DNA of 64,000 nt, from positions 896,001 to 960,000 of the forward strand of contig OZ251992.1 of NCBI GenBank assembly GCA_965246885.1, written 5' to 3'. Positions 26,972-36,422 of this stretch are shown piece by piece. The translations under genes were made by a program, and so were the position numbers. Position 1 is the stretch's first letter, and each line of letters starts with the position of its first letter. Source of the DNA: Abditibacterium sp. Its GTDB lineage: Bacteria; Armatimonadota; Abditibacteriia; Abditibacteriales; Abditibacteriaceae. The notes beneath the pieces were generated by a model. The model saw only the letters and a program-made list of their open reading frames with translations. It did no database searches and was not told the origin of the DNA.

Positions 26972-29900
26972 CTACGGTAGCAGTTCCGCGTCCACGACGA
27001 CGCGGAAGTTGCCCTCGGCTTGGATGCCAAAGAGGAACTCGACGTTGACGGTTGCGCCGGGGGCGAGGGCGCCGCCGGGCAGCGGCGCCGTCCAGCCGGA
27101 GTTGAGGCCGCCGCCGTTGCCACTCGAACCGGACGTGGGCACAAGCGGCGCTTCGCCGGGCTTGGTGGGGGCGTCAATGGTCATGCCGGTGGCGGCGCGT
27201 TGGATGGTGTGGGCGCTGTCGTAGTAGCGCACGCCGCCCGACGAGATGGCGCGCAGGTCAGCCACACCCGTCGTGGTGCTGGTGCCCGCCGTGATGCCCA
27301 CGATGCGAAAGCGCAGGGCACTCACGGCGGCGCCGGTGTTGTTGGTGATGGTGCGCCGGATGGTCAAGCGGCCTTTGGAATCTACCGTGCTGCCCTTGCT
27401 CACGTAGCGCGCGACGGCCGCGACGCCGGGGATGCTCAGGGCCGCGTTGCTGATGCCGTCGTTGCGCTGGATGGTGCTGCTCAGGTTGTGCGGGTTGGGG
27501 CTGCCCAAGCGCGCGGCGGTGAGCGGGCCAACGCCGGTGCGGTCAACGGTGCTGTTCGTCACGGCGGTGTCCACAAGGTTGAAGTCTTGGGCGTCGCTGT
27601 TCGACTTGGCGGGCATACCCGATTCGAGGCGCCGGATGTAGGCATATTCGTGGGTCGGACTGGTGGGCGCAGCGATAGAGGACAAATCACTCACGCTGTC
27701 AATAACTACGCCCGACGTGTTCGTGAGAGTGAAGGGAGTGTTGGCCGGGATGTCGCCTGTATACGTCATGTCGGCAGTGGCCACGTTGTTGAGAGAGTAG
27801 CCATCGGAGTTGGCAATGAGCAGGTGCCCGCCCACCGGGATGGTGCCAAAGAGAGGAACGGTTGTCGCACCGGCCACGACCTGCCAGCCGTCCACGACGA
27901 GAGGCCGACTCCTTAGGTTCGCCACTTCGATGAACTCATCGCTCGCGCCGCTCGGCCCGCTCAGGCGGAACTGAGAAATCACGGCGGGGCGAGGGTTGTT
28001 ATTCATAATGGTGCCCACGCCTACGCTTGGGTCTCCCAAACTGGCGTTGATAGGAGCCGAAAGCGTGACGGTGAAGGTCTTGCTCGGCCCGAATCCGGTG
28101 TTACCACCGACTGGCACGCTGATGATGCCAGTCGTGCTTCCCAGAGGGATGGAAAGCGTGCCAGAGGTGGCGCTATAGTCTTTCCCGGCGACGGCGGTGC
28201 CGTCGCTCGTGGCATAGTTCACGGTCACCGGCGCACTTGCAAAGGCCGAGAGGGTCACGATGAAGTCGAAACTCTTCGTGCCACTGGTGCCCGCCAACTG
28301 GGAGACGCTCCCGATGCTGAGAGAGGGGGTATTGAACTCAAAGGCGCCAATATCGGGTTTGCCGTCGCGCGAAACACCGCGCTCGTCGGTTGCAAGAGTC
28401 GTGCTTCCGGCGTCCACTGCCGGGCTGCCTTTGGGCAAGGCGAGAGTGAATGTCGGGCCACCATTGTCTTGAAGCGGGCCGAGGTTGGCGTTGGCGTTGA
28501 GTTTGTCGGTGGACGTGGAAAAGGCGCCACCCCCCGTGTCGTCGCACAGGTTGTAGCCGAGGTCGTTGATGGTGCCGGAAACGTTGGTGCCTCCATTAGC
28601 CGCGACGATGGAGTTGCCCACGCTCACGGTGCCGCCGGTGATCTTGAGGTTGGTGCTGTTGCCCGCGACGGTACAGCTTTGCAGCGTCGTGGTGCCGCCG
28701 GACGTGGAAACGCCGACTCCGCAACCTGTAATGGTAGAGTTCTCAATGGTGAGGGTGGCGCCGGTGTTTTGAACGCCGCGAGTGACACCAAAGAAGGAGT
28801 AGGTATTGCCAATGATGGTGCAAGCACGGAGGGTGACGTTGCCTCCTGTCGCGCCGACGCCAACTGGCCCGCCTCGAACCGTAAGGCCCACAAATGTAAC
28901 TGTGCCACTGGAAACCGCGAAAAGGTTGGTGCTCATCGTGTCTGCCACTCGCACCGTGACGCCCGCAGGGGGTGCCGTGATGGTGAGGTCGCTCGTGATG
29001 GCTGGGAGGCCCCCGTAAGAGGCGTCGATGATTTTGCTTGGCGCGGCGAAGGCTGTCCCGTCGAAGGTGATGACGCTGGGCTTGCTTCCCGCGTTGGCGG
29101 CATTGATAGCCTCGCGCAGGGTGCAGTCGAGCGGGCCGCAGACGCTGTCGTCATGGTCGCTGACGTTGTTGACGACGAAGTTTGGGCCGCTTTGCGGCGC
29201 TTCGTTTAGCTCGAAGGCGCCAATATCCGCGCCGTTGCCGCCGCTTGTGTTGGGAACTTGGGAGAAGTCAACGGGGCGGGCGAGTCCACGCGCGTCGGTG
29301 GGAAGAGTCGAGTTGCCCGCGTCTATGGCGGCGCTCCCCGTGACGAGGGCGATGGTGGCAACCGGCCCGCCGTTGTCGCGCAGTCCGGCGGGGTCGAGGC
29401 CGGGGCTGGTGTTGAGCTTGTCGGTCGCGGCGGTGAGAAGACCTTGGCCGTTATCGTCGCAGAGGTTGTAGCCGTAGTCGGTAAGCGGCGCGCTCAAGTT
29501 GCCGCCGGGGTTCGCGGCTACGATGGAGTTGTCAAGGCTCACACTGGGGGCGGGAGTGCCCGCTTGTAAGGTAGTCACGACGCCCTTGGCATTGCCCGCA
29601 ACGGTGCAGTTTTCGATGTTCAAATTCCCGCCCAAAGAGTGAAGGGCGGAGTTCGTGTTGCCCGTGAACGTGCAGTTGACAGCATGGACGCCACCGCTGG
29701 GAGCCGTGACGACGCCGTCGCCATTGCCGCTGAAAGTGCAGCGTTCCACATCAGTACCACCGTTGCGGGTGCTAAGGCCAACAGCGCCGCCGGTTATGGT
29801 CAAAGAGGAGAGCGTCAGGTTGTAAACGCGCGTGGTGAAGATGGTATCGGAAGCGCCTCCCTTGATGGTGACACCCGTACCGGGGTCTTCGGGGCCGAGG

Positions 29901-31090
29901 ATGGTGACAGAGTAGTTGGAGTTGGTGCCAGCACTGATGGTGGGCAAAGAGCCGTTGGTTAAAGCGATGGTTTGCTTGACCGCGAACACCGGCGAGTTGA
30001 ACGTGATGGAAGTTGCGAAAGATGTGGTACTGGCGGCGTTGGCAGCGCCAATGGCCTCGCGTAGGGTGCAGTTGGCGACGCCGCACACGCCGTCGTCGTG
30101 GTCACTCGTGCTGTTGACGACGAAATACGAGCCGGTTTGCGCGGAATCTTGCTCCTCGAACGCACCGATATCGGCGTCATCCCCAAAGACCGCGTTGGCG
30201 ACTGCGGGGAAATCGAAATGGCGGGGTTTGCCGAGCGCGTCGGTGGCAAGGCTGGAACGGCCTTGGTCTACGGCCTTGCCCAACGTCACGAGCGCGACGG
30301 TGAAAACGGGGCCGCCGTTGTCGGCCAAAATGGGGTTGCCGTTAGAATCTGTTTGCAGCCCCGCATCCATCGCGCTCCCGCCGATAAGGTTGAAGCCGTT
30401 GTCCGTGATGGGGCCGGAGACGTCGGCGCTGTTACCCAAAACCAAAGTGTTGCTGAGGCTCGTGCTGCTACCGGCAGAGATACCTTGAGCATTTTGGATG
30501 ACGGTGCAGCTTTGGATTGCGGCGGTGCCGTTCGTGTTAGAAAGGCCAGAGTTGATGTTGCCAAAGAGAGTGCAACCTTGCGCGGTGACGTTGGCAGTGC
30601 CGACGCTTATTCCTGTGCCGTTGTTGTTGAGGGTGCAGCGTTGAACGGTGACGTTGCCCGCGCGGGCGCTGATGCCGACGGTGCCGCCCGTTGCGGTCAA
30701 ATCGGAGATGGTGACGGTGCCGCCGGTGATACGGAAGACCGGGGTTCCGCCGGGGCCATTAGAGCCGTTGTTGTTGCCCACAACCGAGACGCCCGCGCCA
30801 GTGGCTGTTGGGCCTTGGATGGTTAGATCGCCGTTAATAGAGGGCAGCACACCGTTGACATAAATAGGTTGCTTGGCGGCAAAAGCCGAGGAGTCAAAGG
30901 TGATGCTGTTAGCGCCCGCCGCGCCGTTGGCAGCGTTGATGGCTTGACGCAGGGTGCAGTCGGTCGGGCCGCAAGTGGCGCCATCTGTATCGGCGGTAGC
31001 GCGGACGACAAAAGTGGCGGCGTGCGCAGGAATCACGCTGGCCACAACGAGGCCGAGGGTCGCGGCCCAGCGGGGGAAGTGAAGTTTCAT
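26972..31090 (-). CDS. Large secreted CSLREA/beta-helix protein with Calx-beta, lamin-tail-like and conserved C-terminal domains
   Basis: Signal peptide (PAHA); three CTLR(Q/E)AI motifs each followed by a DNGGP...DIGAFE block; VTVNYATSDGTA..G.DY; DEFIE. Confidence 0.88.
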   Translation of the reverse strand: MKLHFPRWAATLGLVVASVIPAHAATFVVRATADTDGATCGPTDCTLRQAINAANGAAGANSITFDSSAFAAKQPIYVNGVLPSINGDLTIQGPTATGAGVSVVGNNNGSNGPGGTPVFRITGGTVTISDLTATGGTVGISARAGNVTVQRCTLNNNGTGISVGTANVTAQGCTLFGNINSGLSNTNGTAAIQSCTVIQNAQGISAGSSTSLSNTLVLGNSADVSGPITDNGFNLIGGSAMDAGLQTDSNGNPILADNGGPVFTVALVTLGKAVDQGRSSLATDALGKPRHFDFPAVANAVFGDDADIGAFEEQDSAQTGSYFVVNSTSDHDDGVCGVANCTLREAIGAANAASTTSFATSITFNSPVFAVKQTIALTNGSLPTISAGTNSNYSVTILGPEDPGTGVTIKGGASDTIFTTRVYNLTLSSLTITGGAVGLSTRNGGTDVERCTFSGNGDGVVTAPSGGVHAVNCTFTGNTNSALHSLGGNLNIENCTVAGNAKGVVTTLQAGTPAPSVSLDNSIVAANPGGNLSAPLTDYGYNLCDDNGQGLLTAATDKLNTSPGLDPAGLRDNGGPVATIALVTGSAAIDAGNSTLPTDARGLARPVDFSQVPNTSGGNGADIGAFELNEAPQSGPNFVVNNVSDHDDSVCGPLDCTLREAINAANAGSKPSVITFDGTAFAAPSKIIDASYGGLPAITSDLTITAPPAGVTVRVADTMSTNLFAVSSGTVTFVGLTVRGGPVGVGATGGNVTLRACTIIGNTYSFFGVTRGVQNTGATLTIENSTITGCGVGVSTSGGTTTLQSCTVAGNSTNLKITGGTVSVGNSIVAANGGTNVSGTINDLGYNLCDDTGGGAFSTSTDKLNANANLGPLQDNGGPTFTLALPKGSPAVDAGSTTLATDERGVSRDGKPDIGAFEFNTPSLSIGSVSQLAGTSGTKSFDFIVTLSAFASAPVTVNYATSDGTAVAGKDYSATSGTLSIPLGSTTGIISVPVGGNTGFGPSKTFTVTLSAPINASLGDPSVGVGTIMNNNPRPAVISQFRLSGPSGASDEFIEVANLRSRPLVVDGWQVVAGATTVPLFGTIPVGGHLLIANSDGYSLNNVATADMTYTGDIPANTPFTLTNTSGVVIDSVSDLSSIAAPTSPTHEYAYIRRLESGMPAKSNSDAQDFNLVDTAVTNSTVDRTGVGPLTAARLGSPNPHNLSSTIQRNDGISNAALSIPGVAAVARYVSKGSTVDSKGRLTIRRTITNNTGAAVSALRFRIVGITAGTSTTTGVADLRAISSGGVRYYDSAHTIQRAATGMTIDAPTKPGEAPLVPTSGSSGNGGGLNSGWTAPLPGGALAPGATVNVEFLFGIQAEGNFRVVVDAELLP

Positions 31091-31294
31091 AAGGAAAGCG
31101 CCACCCCTTTCAATTTGGCACAGGGCCATTTTAGCACCGCGTGTTTAAGTGCTGATTAAGACGCCGTGCGCTCCGCTCTAACTTCGGGCGGCGGTGACGG
31201 CGGCGCGTGCTGGAACCGGCTCGGCGGCCCCACAGCTAAACGCGCCCGACACGGTGGGATGTCGGGCGCGCGGCGTGGGCGGGGCGGACGCAGG

Positions 31295-32206
31295 CTACTT
31301 GTTTGCGCGCACCCAGTTGTGCGTTGTATTCACGTTGACGCACATACCGTCGGAAGTGTCGCTTGGCTCTTCGGGCCACATGAAGTGCTTGTGGCACTTG
31401 GTGCAACGCCACGCGACCGGGCCATGACCGGCGCGCTTGGCGGATGCGGCCATGTTGCGCTTGTTTTGGGCGTAGTAGTCGGCTATGCCCTTGTTGTAGG
31501 ACTTTTGTTCCTTTTGCGTGCTGGCGACGGTCTTTCTGTAGGTGGCGAGCAACTGAGGCGCAGTGAAGACGCTGTAGTGGGCAACGTCATCTTTCTCTAA
31601 CATACCCTTCTCGGCAGGGGCGTGGTAAAAGTATTGGAAGGCTCCTTCGGTGTTATCTATGGTGTGCATGTCTATGCCGAAAGTCATGACGACTTTGCAG
31701 GCCTCGAAGGTGAAGTTGTTGGCGTGCTCTCTCTTATCGGCGGCGCGCATATTCCTGAACCCGGCGCGGATGGTCTCCGGGATTGTCTTGACTTCGCCTG
31801 ATGAAGCGCCACGCGCGCCCTGTTGGAGATAGGTGACCCGGAACTCTGGGGTCGCACCGGGCCGGTATCCTGCGATTATGATGTTGGCGTTTTGAGGCGC
31901 GATTTTGCGGAGCGCCGCGCGCGTCTGTTTTTCGAGGACGTAAAGAGACGGGCCGTCAGGCGAATCCGAGTCGCTTTGGCGCCGCGCGTTCGGCCCGCCG
32001 TTTTTCGATTGGCCAGTGCTGCGCGGGGCGTCATCGGATGGGGAGCCGTTTGTGGCGTCGTCGGCTTTTTGCTTAGCGCCTTCGATTTTGTGCTTGGCTT
32101 GGTTCACGATGTCGCCCAAGTTCTGCGCGTGAACAGAAGGCATGGCAAGGCCGCTCAGCAAAACGGTGGTGGCGACGGACGCCACTTTGACGGATATGAG
32201 TTTCAT
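31295..32206 (-). CDS. Hypothetical secreted protein
   Basis: Signal peptide (VHA), C-terminal CTKC...C motif. Confidence 0.7.
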   Translation of the reverse strand: MKLISVKVASVATTVLLSGLAMPSVHAQNLGDIVNQAKHKIEGAKQKADDATNGSPSDDAPRSTGQSKNGGPNARRQSDSDSPDGPSLYVLEKQTRAALRKIAPQNANIIIAGYRPGATPEFRVTYLQQGARGASSGEVKTIPETIRAGFRNMRAADKREHANNFTFEACKVVMTFGIDMHTIDNTEGAFQYFYHAPAEKGMLEKDDVAHYSVFTAPQLLATYRKTVASTQKEQKSYNKGIADYYAQNKRNMAASAKRAGHGPVAWRCTKCHKHFMWPEEPSDTSDGMCVNVNTTHNWVRANK

Positions 32207-32368
32207 GGTTGCCGCTCTTAGCAAGCTGTCTTTGGCGGTTGTTGGTGTGCAACGGAACCGTCAATCCCCAACTATTTTGGCTTGCTGCGCGGCCAAAAAG
32301 CAAATTGAAGGCCGTTTCCCGGTGTTCTGCCGCTCAAAGTCTGCTTTTGCCACACTGAGCCGCTAACT

Positions 32369-32473
32369 ATGCCGCTTCTCAAAGAACTGCTTCAATGGTT
32401 GCCCGACGCGGAAGTGGTAGGCGACGACGGGCAGAACATCGCGGGCAGGATGGCCGTGCTCCGCAGTGGTTAA
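32369..32473 (+). pseudogene. murE: Truncated duplicate of the murE 5' end
   Basis: MPLLKELLQWLPDAEVVGDDGQNIA vs MPSLKELLSSLPDAEVVGDDGQNIA at 34923 (22/25 aa, 65/75 nt), then unrelated sequence and a stop. Confidence 0.9.
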
Positions 32474-34702
32474 GGCAACAGTTCGGCATCGAGCACGATG
32501 CGGAAGTTGCCTTCTTGTTGGATGCCGAAGAGGAACTCGACGTTCACGCTCGCGCCCGGCGCGAGGGTGCCGCCCGGAAGCGGCGCCGTCCAACTGGAGT
32601 TCAATCCGCCGCCGTTACCGGACGAGGTGGAAGTGAGCGGCGCTTCGGTGGGGGTAGTGGGGGCGTCAATGGTCATACCGTAGGCGGCGCGTTGAATGGT
32701 GTGGGCGCTGTCGTAGTAGCGCACCCCACCCGACGAAATCGCGCGCAGGTCAGCCACTCCGCTCGCGCTGCTGGTGCCCGCCGTCGTCCCAACGATGCGG
32801 AAGCGCAGGGCGCTTACGGCGCCGCCGGTGTGGTTGGTGATGGTGCGGCGGATGGTGAGGCGCCCCTTGGAGTCCACGCCACTGCCCTTGGAAGCATAGC
32901 GCGCGATGGAATACACGCCGGGGATGTTCATCGGCGCGTTGGAGATCACGTCGTTGCGCTGGATGGTGGACGCCGTGTTGTGCGGGTTGGGGCTGCCCAA
33001 GCGCGCGGCGGTCAAAGGGCCGACGCCCGTCTTGTCAACTGTGCTGTTGAGAACGGTGGTGTCCACGAGGTTCCAGTCGGTGGCGAAGGTGCCGGTGTTG
33101 GACGGAGCGCCCGTCTCCAAACGGCGGATGTAGGCGAATTGGTCGTTATCGCTCGTGGGGCCGATGGTGCGCGTGGGAACGTTGTCTACGACCGCTCCGG
33201 CAGCATTCTGTAGGGACAACGCGGTGCCGTTGGGGATGTCATCGGTATAGGATATGTCTGGGGTGGCAATGGCGCTTAAGGAGTAGCCGCCGGAATTGGC
33301 GAGAAGCAGGTGCCCGTAAGCTGGAATAATGCCCACGATAGGAACAGTAATACTCCCGGCAACGAGACTCCACCCTTCAACGTTGAGCGCCGCGCCCGTC
33401 GTGTTCGCCAACTCAATGAACTCATCTTGCGGGCCGTTTGGCCCTTCCAAGCGCAACTGGCTAATCAGCGCGCCGCTTGTGGCGGGTGGCCCAATGTAAA
33501 GTTCGGCGCTCGAAAGAGCGTGGTTGTTACTGTCGGCTCCTCCTGTCACCAGCACCTTGCCAGAGGGCAGAAGTGTAGCCGTGTGGCGGTTGCGCGCCGC
33601 TGTCATATTTCCTCCGTCCGCGAAGTTGCCCGTGCTGGGATCATATACCCCCGCACTCGAGTAGTTGACGCTTGTAGAGCGGTCGCCGCCTCCAATTACG
33701 ACCACCTTGCCATCGCTCAAGAGCGTGGATGTATGCTCGTAACGCGCCAGCATGACCCTCGCTGTAGCAAACGTGCCCGTGCTGGGATCGTATAGTTCGG
33801 CGGTGGATAGAGAGTTTGAATCCGTATATCCCCCTGTTAAAAGCACTTTGCCATTACCTAAAAGCGTGGCTTTATGATTGATGCGAGCGTTGATCATGCT
33901 GCCCGTTGCAGTGAAGGTGCCTATGCTGGGATCGTATAACTCTGCGCTTGACAGGGGGTTAGAGCCGTCAACGGCGTGGCCACCGCCACCGCCTGTTACA
34001 AGCACCTTGCCGGAGGGCAGAAGTGTGGCCGTGTGAAAGTAGCGCGTTGCCGTCATGCTACCGGTTGCGGTGAAAGTCCCCGTGCTGGGATCATATAGCT
34101 CGGCACTCGATAGAGTCGTAGAATTACCAGCTCCGCCCGTCATTAACACTTTACCATTGGCTAAGAGCGTGGCCGTGTAATAGATCCGCGCCGCTATCAT
34201 GCTTCCAGTCGCAGAGAAGCCCGTCGCGGGGGCGTAGAGTTCGGCACTCGAAAGAGAGCCGCCGGAATCATTTTGTCCTCCGGCGATTAGCACCTTACCG
34301 TTGGTTAAGAGCGTGGCCGTATGGAAGCTACGAGCCACCGCCATATTGCCTGCCGTGCCAATGAAGCCGCCCATGCTCGAATTGTATATCTCGACACTCG
34401 AAAGAGGGTGGTAGTTGCTGTCAACTCCTCCGGCTATAAACACGGCGCCGTTGTTCAAGAGAGTGGCGGTATGGCCGAAACGCGCAGTCGTCATGTTTCC
34501 CGCTGAGGTAAAGGTCTGTGGCTGGGCGTGGGCAGGCAATGCGCCGATTAGCAGCAAAAACAACAGGCATAGCCAATAAGCCGCCTTAGCTGCGGGTCGC
34601 GGGTCGCGGGTCGCGGGTCGCGGGTCGCGGGTCGCGGGTCGCGGGTCGCGGGTCGCGGGTCGCGGGTCGCGGGTCGCGGGTCGCGGGTGAAAGTGTTTGC
34701 AT
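32470..34702 (-). CDS. Secreted Kelch-repeat (beta-propeller) protein with the shared C-terminal module; likely ATG currently out of frame
   Basis: Seven R..HTATLL..GKVL..GG...SSAELY repeats; signal peptide ending PAHA. Confidence 0.85.
34592..34688. repeat. Heptamer tandem repeat (GCGGGTC)13 plus 6 nt
   Basis: Perfect repeat read directly from the sequence. Confidence 0.97.
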
Positions 34703-34922
34703 AACAGGTGAGGGGACGCCCCGCCGATTTTATCTCGTATTGTTAGGGCGCCCAAATAGTCGCGCTAAGGCTACACCATCCTCTTGCCATCTGCAAGCGG
34801 TGAGAGGAATAATGCCCGGCGCCCTCTCCGCGTCGCGTGGCGGAGTGGCAAACTGGACGGCGATTTCCGGCTGCGCCCGTACGGGTGGCGGGTGGGGGCC
34901 GCAAGGGTGTTAAACCCAAGCT

Positions 34923-36422
34923 ATGCCATCTCTCAAAGAACTGCTTTCATCTTTGCCCGACGCCGAAGTGGTGGGCGACGACGGGCAGAACATCGCCGCC
35001 GTGAACTATGACTCGCGCGAAGTGCAGCCCGGTTCGGCGTTTGTGTGCATCCTCGGCGTGGCGCGCGACGGACACGAGTTCGCCGGGGCCGCCGTCGAGC
35101 GCGGCGCAACTGTCGTGGTGGCGCAAAACCGCGAGGCCGTCGCCGACTTGCCCGCGCACGTCACGCGGGTGTTTGTGCCCGACACGCGCCGCGCGCTCGC
35201 GATGATGGCGGGGGAGTTTTACGGGCACCCCTCGCGCGAGATGATGCTGGTCGGCGTTACTGGCACTAACGGCAAGACGACCATCGCCCATCTCGTCGCC
35301 GATTTGCTGCGCGAGGCGGGCTACAAATCGGTCGGCATTATCGGGACGCTCGGCGCCAAGGCCGAGAAAACCTACTACGATACGGGCCGCACCACGCCCG
35401 AATCGCTCGACTTGCAGCGATTGCTCGCCGAGTTCCTTGATGGCGGCAGCGAAGCGGTGGTGATGGAAGTCTCCAGCCACGCCCTCGCGCTCCAACGGGT
35501 CGCGGGTTGCGCGTTCGACGCGGGCATTTTCTCGAACCTGACGCAAGATCACCTCGACTTTCACGGCAACATGGAGGAGTATTTCGCCGCCAAGACGCTG
35601 CTGTTTACCGACGTTGCCCACGAAAGCGAGGCCTTCAAGTCGTACGGCGCCGTGCTTAATGCCGACGACCGCTACGGGCGGCGCCTCGCCGACATTGCGT
35701 CCGATGTGCCATCCATCACGTATGGCATCGAAAACGACGCGCACGTCAAGGCCGAGGGCGTCTTTTTACGTCCCGAAGGCACGCAGTTCGTGGCGCGCAC
35801 TTCGGGCGGCGACATCCCCTTCGACCTCCAAATACCGGGCCGCTTCAACGTCTGTAACGCGCTCGCGGCCATCGGCTTTGGCCTCCTCAAGAACATTCCC
35901 GCCGCGCAGATTCAAGCGGCGCTCGACCGCGCGCACGCGCCCGAAGGCCGCATGGAGTCCATCCAAGAGGGCCAAGAGTTCTTCGTCGCCGTTGACTACG
36001 CGCACACGCCCGACGGCCTGAAAAACGTTTTGTCCACCGTGCGCGAGTTCACGCCGGGTCGCCTGATTTGCGTGTTCGGTTGCGGCGGCGACCGCGACCG
36101 CACCAAGCGCCCGCAAATGGGCGCCATCGCTGCGGGCCTCGCGGACATCGTCGTCGTCACGAGTGACAATCCGCGCACCGAAGACCCCAACCGCATCATA
36201 GACGACGTGCTGAGCGGCACGAGCGGGAGCGGGGCGCAGGTTTCGGTCGAAGTGGACAGGCGCGAAGCCATCGAACGCGCCGTCGGCCTCGCGCAAAAGG
36301 GCGACTTCCTCGTCATCGCGGGCAAAGGCCACGAGACGTATCAAATCTTCAAAGAGCGCACCATCCACTTCGACGACCGCGAAGTCGTGCGCGAAGCCTT
36401 GGAACACCGGGGGGCGAAGTAG
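34923..36422 (+). CDS. murE: UDP-MurNAc-dipeptide:meso-DAP ligase
   Basis: GVTGTNGKTT, MEVSSH, DHLDFH, DYAHTPD, DNPR (mDAP-type), AGKGHE. Confidence 0.97.
   Translation: MPSLKELLSSLPDAEVVGDDGQNIAAVNYDSREVQPGSAFVCILGVARDGHEFAGAAVERGATVVVAQNREAVADLPAHVTRVFVPDTRRALAMMAGEFYGHPSREMMLVGVTGTNGKTTIAHLVADLLREAGYKSVGIIGTLGAKAEKTYYDTGRTTPESLDLQRLLAEFLDGGSEAVVMEVSSHALALQRVAGCAFDAGIFSNLTQDHLDFHGNMEEYFAAKTLLFTDVAHESEAFKSYGAVLNADDRYGRRLADIASDVPSITYGIENDAHVKAEGVFLRPEGTQFVARTSGGDIPFDLQIPGRFNVCNALAAIGFGLLKNIPAAQIQAALDRAHAPEGRMESIQEGQEFFVAVDYAHTPDGLKNVLSTVREFTPGRLICVFGCGGDRDRTKRPQMGAIAAGLADIVVVTSDNPRTEDPNRIIDDVLSGTSGSGAQVSVEVDRREAIERAVGLAQKGDFLVIAGKGHETYQIFKERTIHFDDREVVREALEHRGAK

Noticed and set aside
26972..33470. 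Duplicated 3' ends as a diversity-generating retroelement TR/VR pair
   Set aside because: No reverse transcriptase nearby; both copies are about 1 kb, coding, and differ at many non-adenine positions
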